NCBI GenBank assembly: GCA_947630825.1
Contig: CANRJA010000009.1
Span: 686 to 64,685, forward strand
Direction of reading: 5' to 3'
DNA: 64,000 nucleotides
DNA from: an uncultured Clostridia bacterium
Lineage (GTDB): Bacteria > Bacillota > Clostridia > Oscillospirales > Ruminococcaceae
Part shown: positions 63,816-64,000 of the stretch, piece after piece
Layout: each line of letters opens with the position of its first letter
How positions within the stretch are numbered: position 1 is the stretch's first letter
Made by a program: the position numbers and the translations under genes
Notes under the pieces: generated by a model
Told to the model about the DNA's origin: nothing
Databases searched by the model: none
What the model saw: the letters and a program-made list of their open reading frames with translations, nothing else

Positions 63816-64000
63816 TTAGAACTCCCTTTTTATCATAACTTATAAATCATAATATCAAATAATATTTCTTAAATCGAATTATTTAACATATATATTTATA
63901 TACCTTTTTATAATAACATTTTTTCAATTTGTTTTCAAGACCATTTTGCTTTAAAAAATTGCCAACCGATATAAATTTATTTATTACTGAACAAATTGTA

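Overview
This is a 64-kb chromosomal segment from a low-GC Gram-positive anaerobe. Assignment to Clostridia, possibly Oscillospiraceae/Ruminococcaceae-like, is inferred from protein sequences only. Most of the window is core housekeeping and metabolism: ppdK (partial), glmU-pth-mfd, an isolated tRNA-Ser(CGA), galT, a Ca2+-type P-type ATPase, a PP2C phosphatase, a CaCA exchanger and ppk1. It also holds a complete seven-gene arginine operon (argG-H-C-J-B-D-F), an L,D-transpeptidase, a clostridial ferredoxin missing from the ORF track, galK, trmB, ilvBNC, rpiB, tsaBE, fhs, rsmE, uvrC, a CPA2 antiporter, nfnAB-like genes, hemW, lepA and rplM-rpsI. A DRTGG/GHKL-ATPase/[FeFe]-hydrogenase-like/PHP sensory operon is also present. 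Three things stand out. (1) A mosaic family of intergenic repeats occurs at about 8.4, 27.4, 32.5, 33.8, 38.8, 47.2-47.6 and 50.0-50.5 kb. It consists of GC-rich mini-hairpins, a 47-nt box with a covarying closing helix, and long imperfect hairpins whose arms are heptad-periodic (U/A/C)AG arrays. A second heptamer family (CCATTRT) sits on gene 3' ends. (2) A small three-component gene module is present in three copies: an XRE-type HTH or RHH gene, a second RHH gene, and a divergently transcribed ~70-aa helical protein under palindrome-containing promoters. One copy lies at 38.0-38.8 kb, and a tandemly duplicated pair lies at 56.4-58.2 kb with a visible microhomology junction. (3) A visibly AT-rich type II restriction-modification pair sits at the right edge. 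No rRNA, CRISPR array, transposase or integrase was seen. All functional calls come from reading motifs in the translations; no database search was run.
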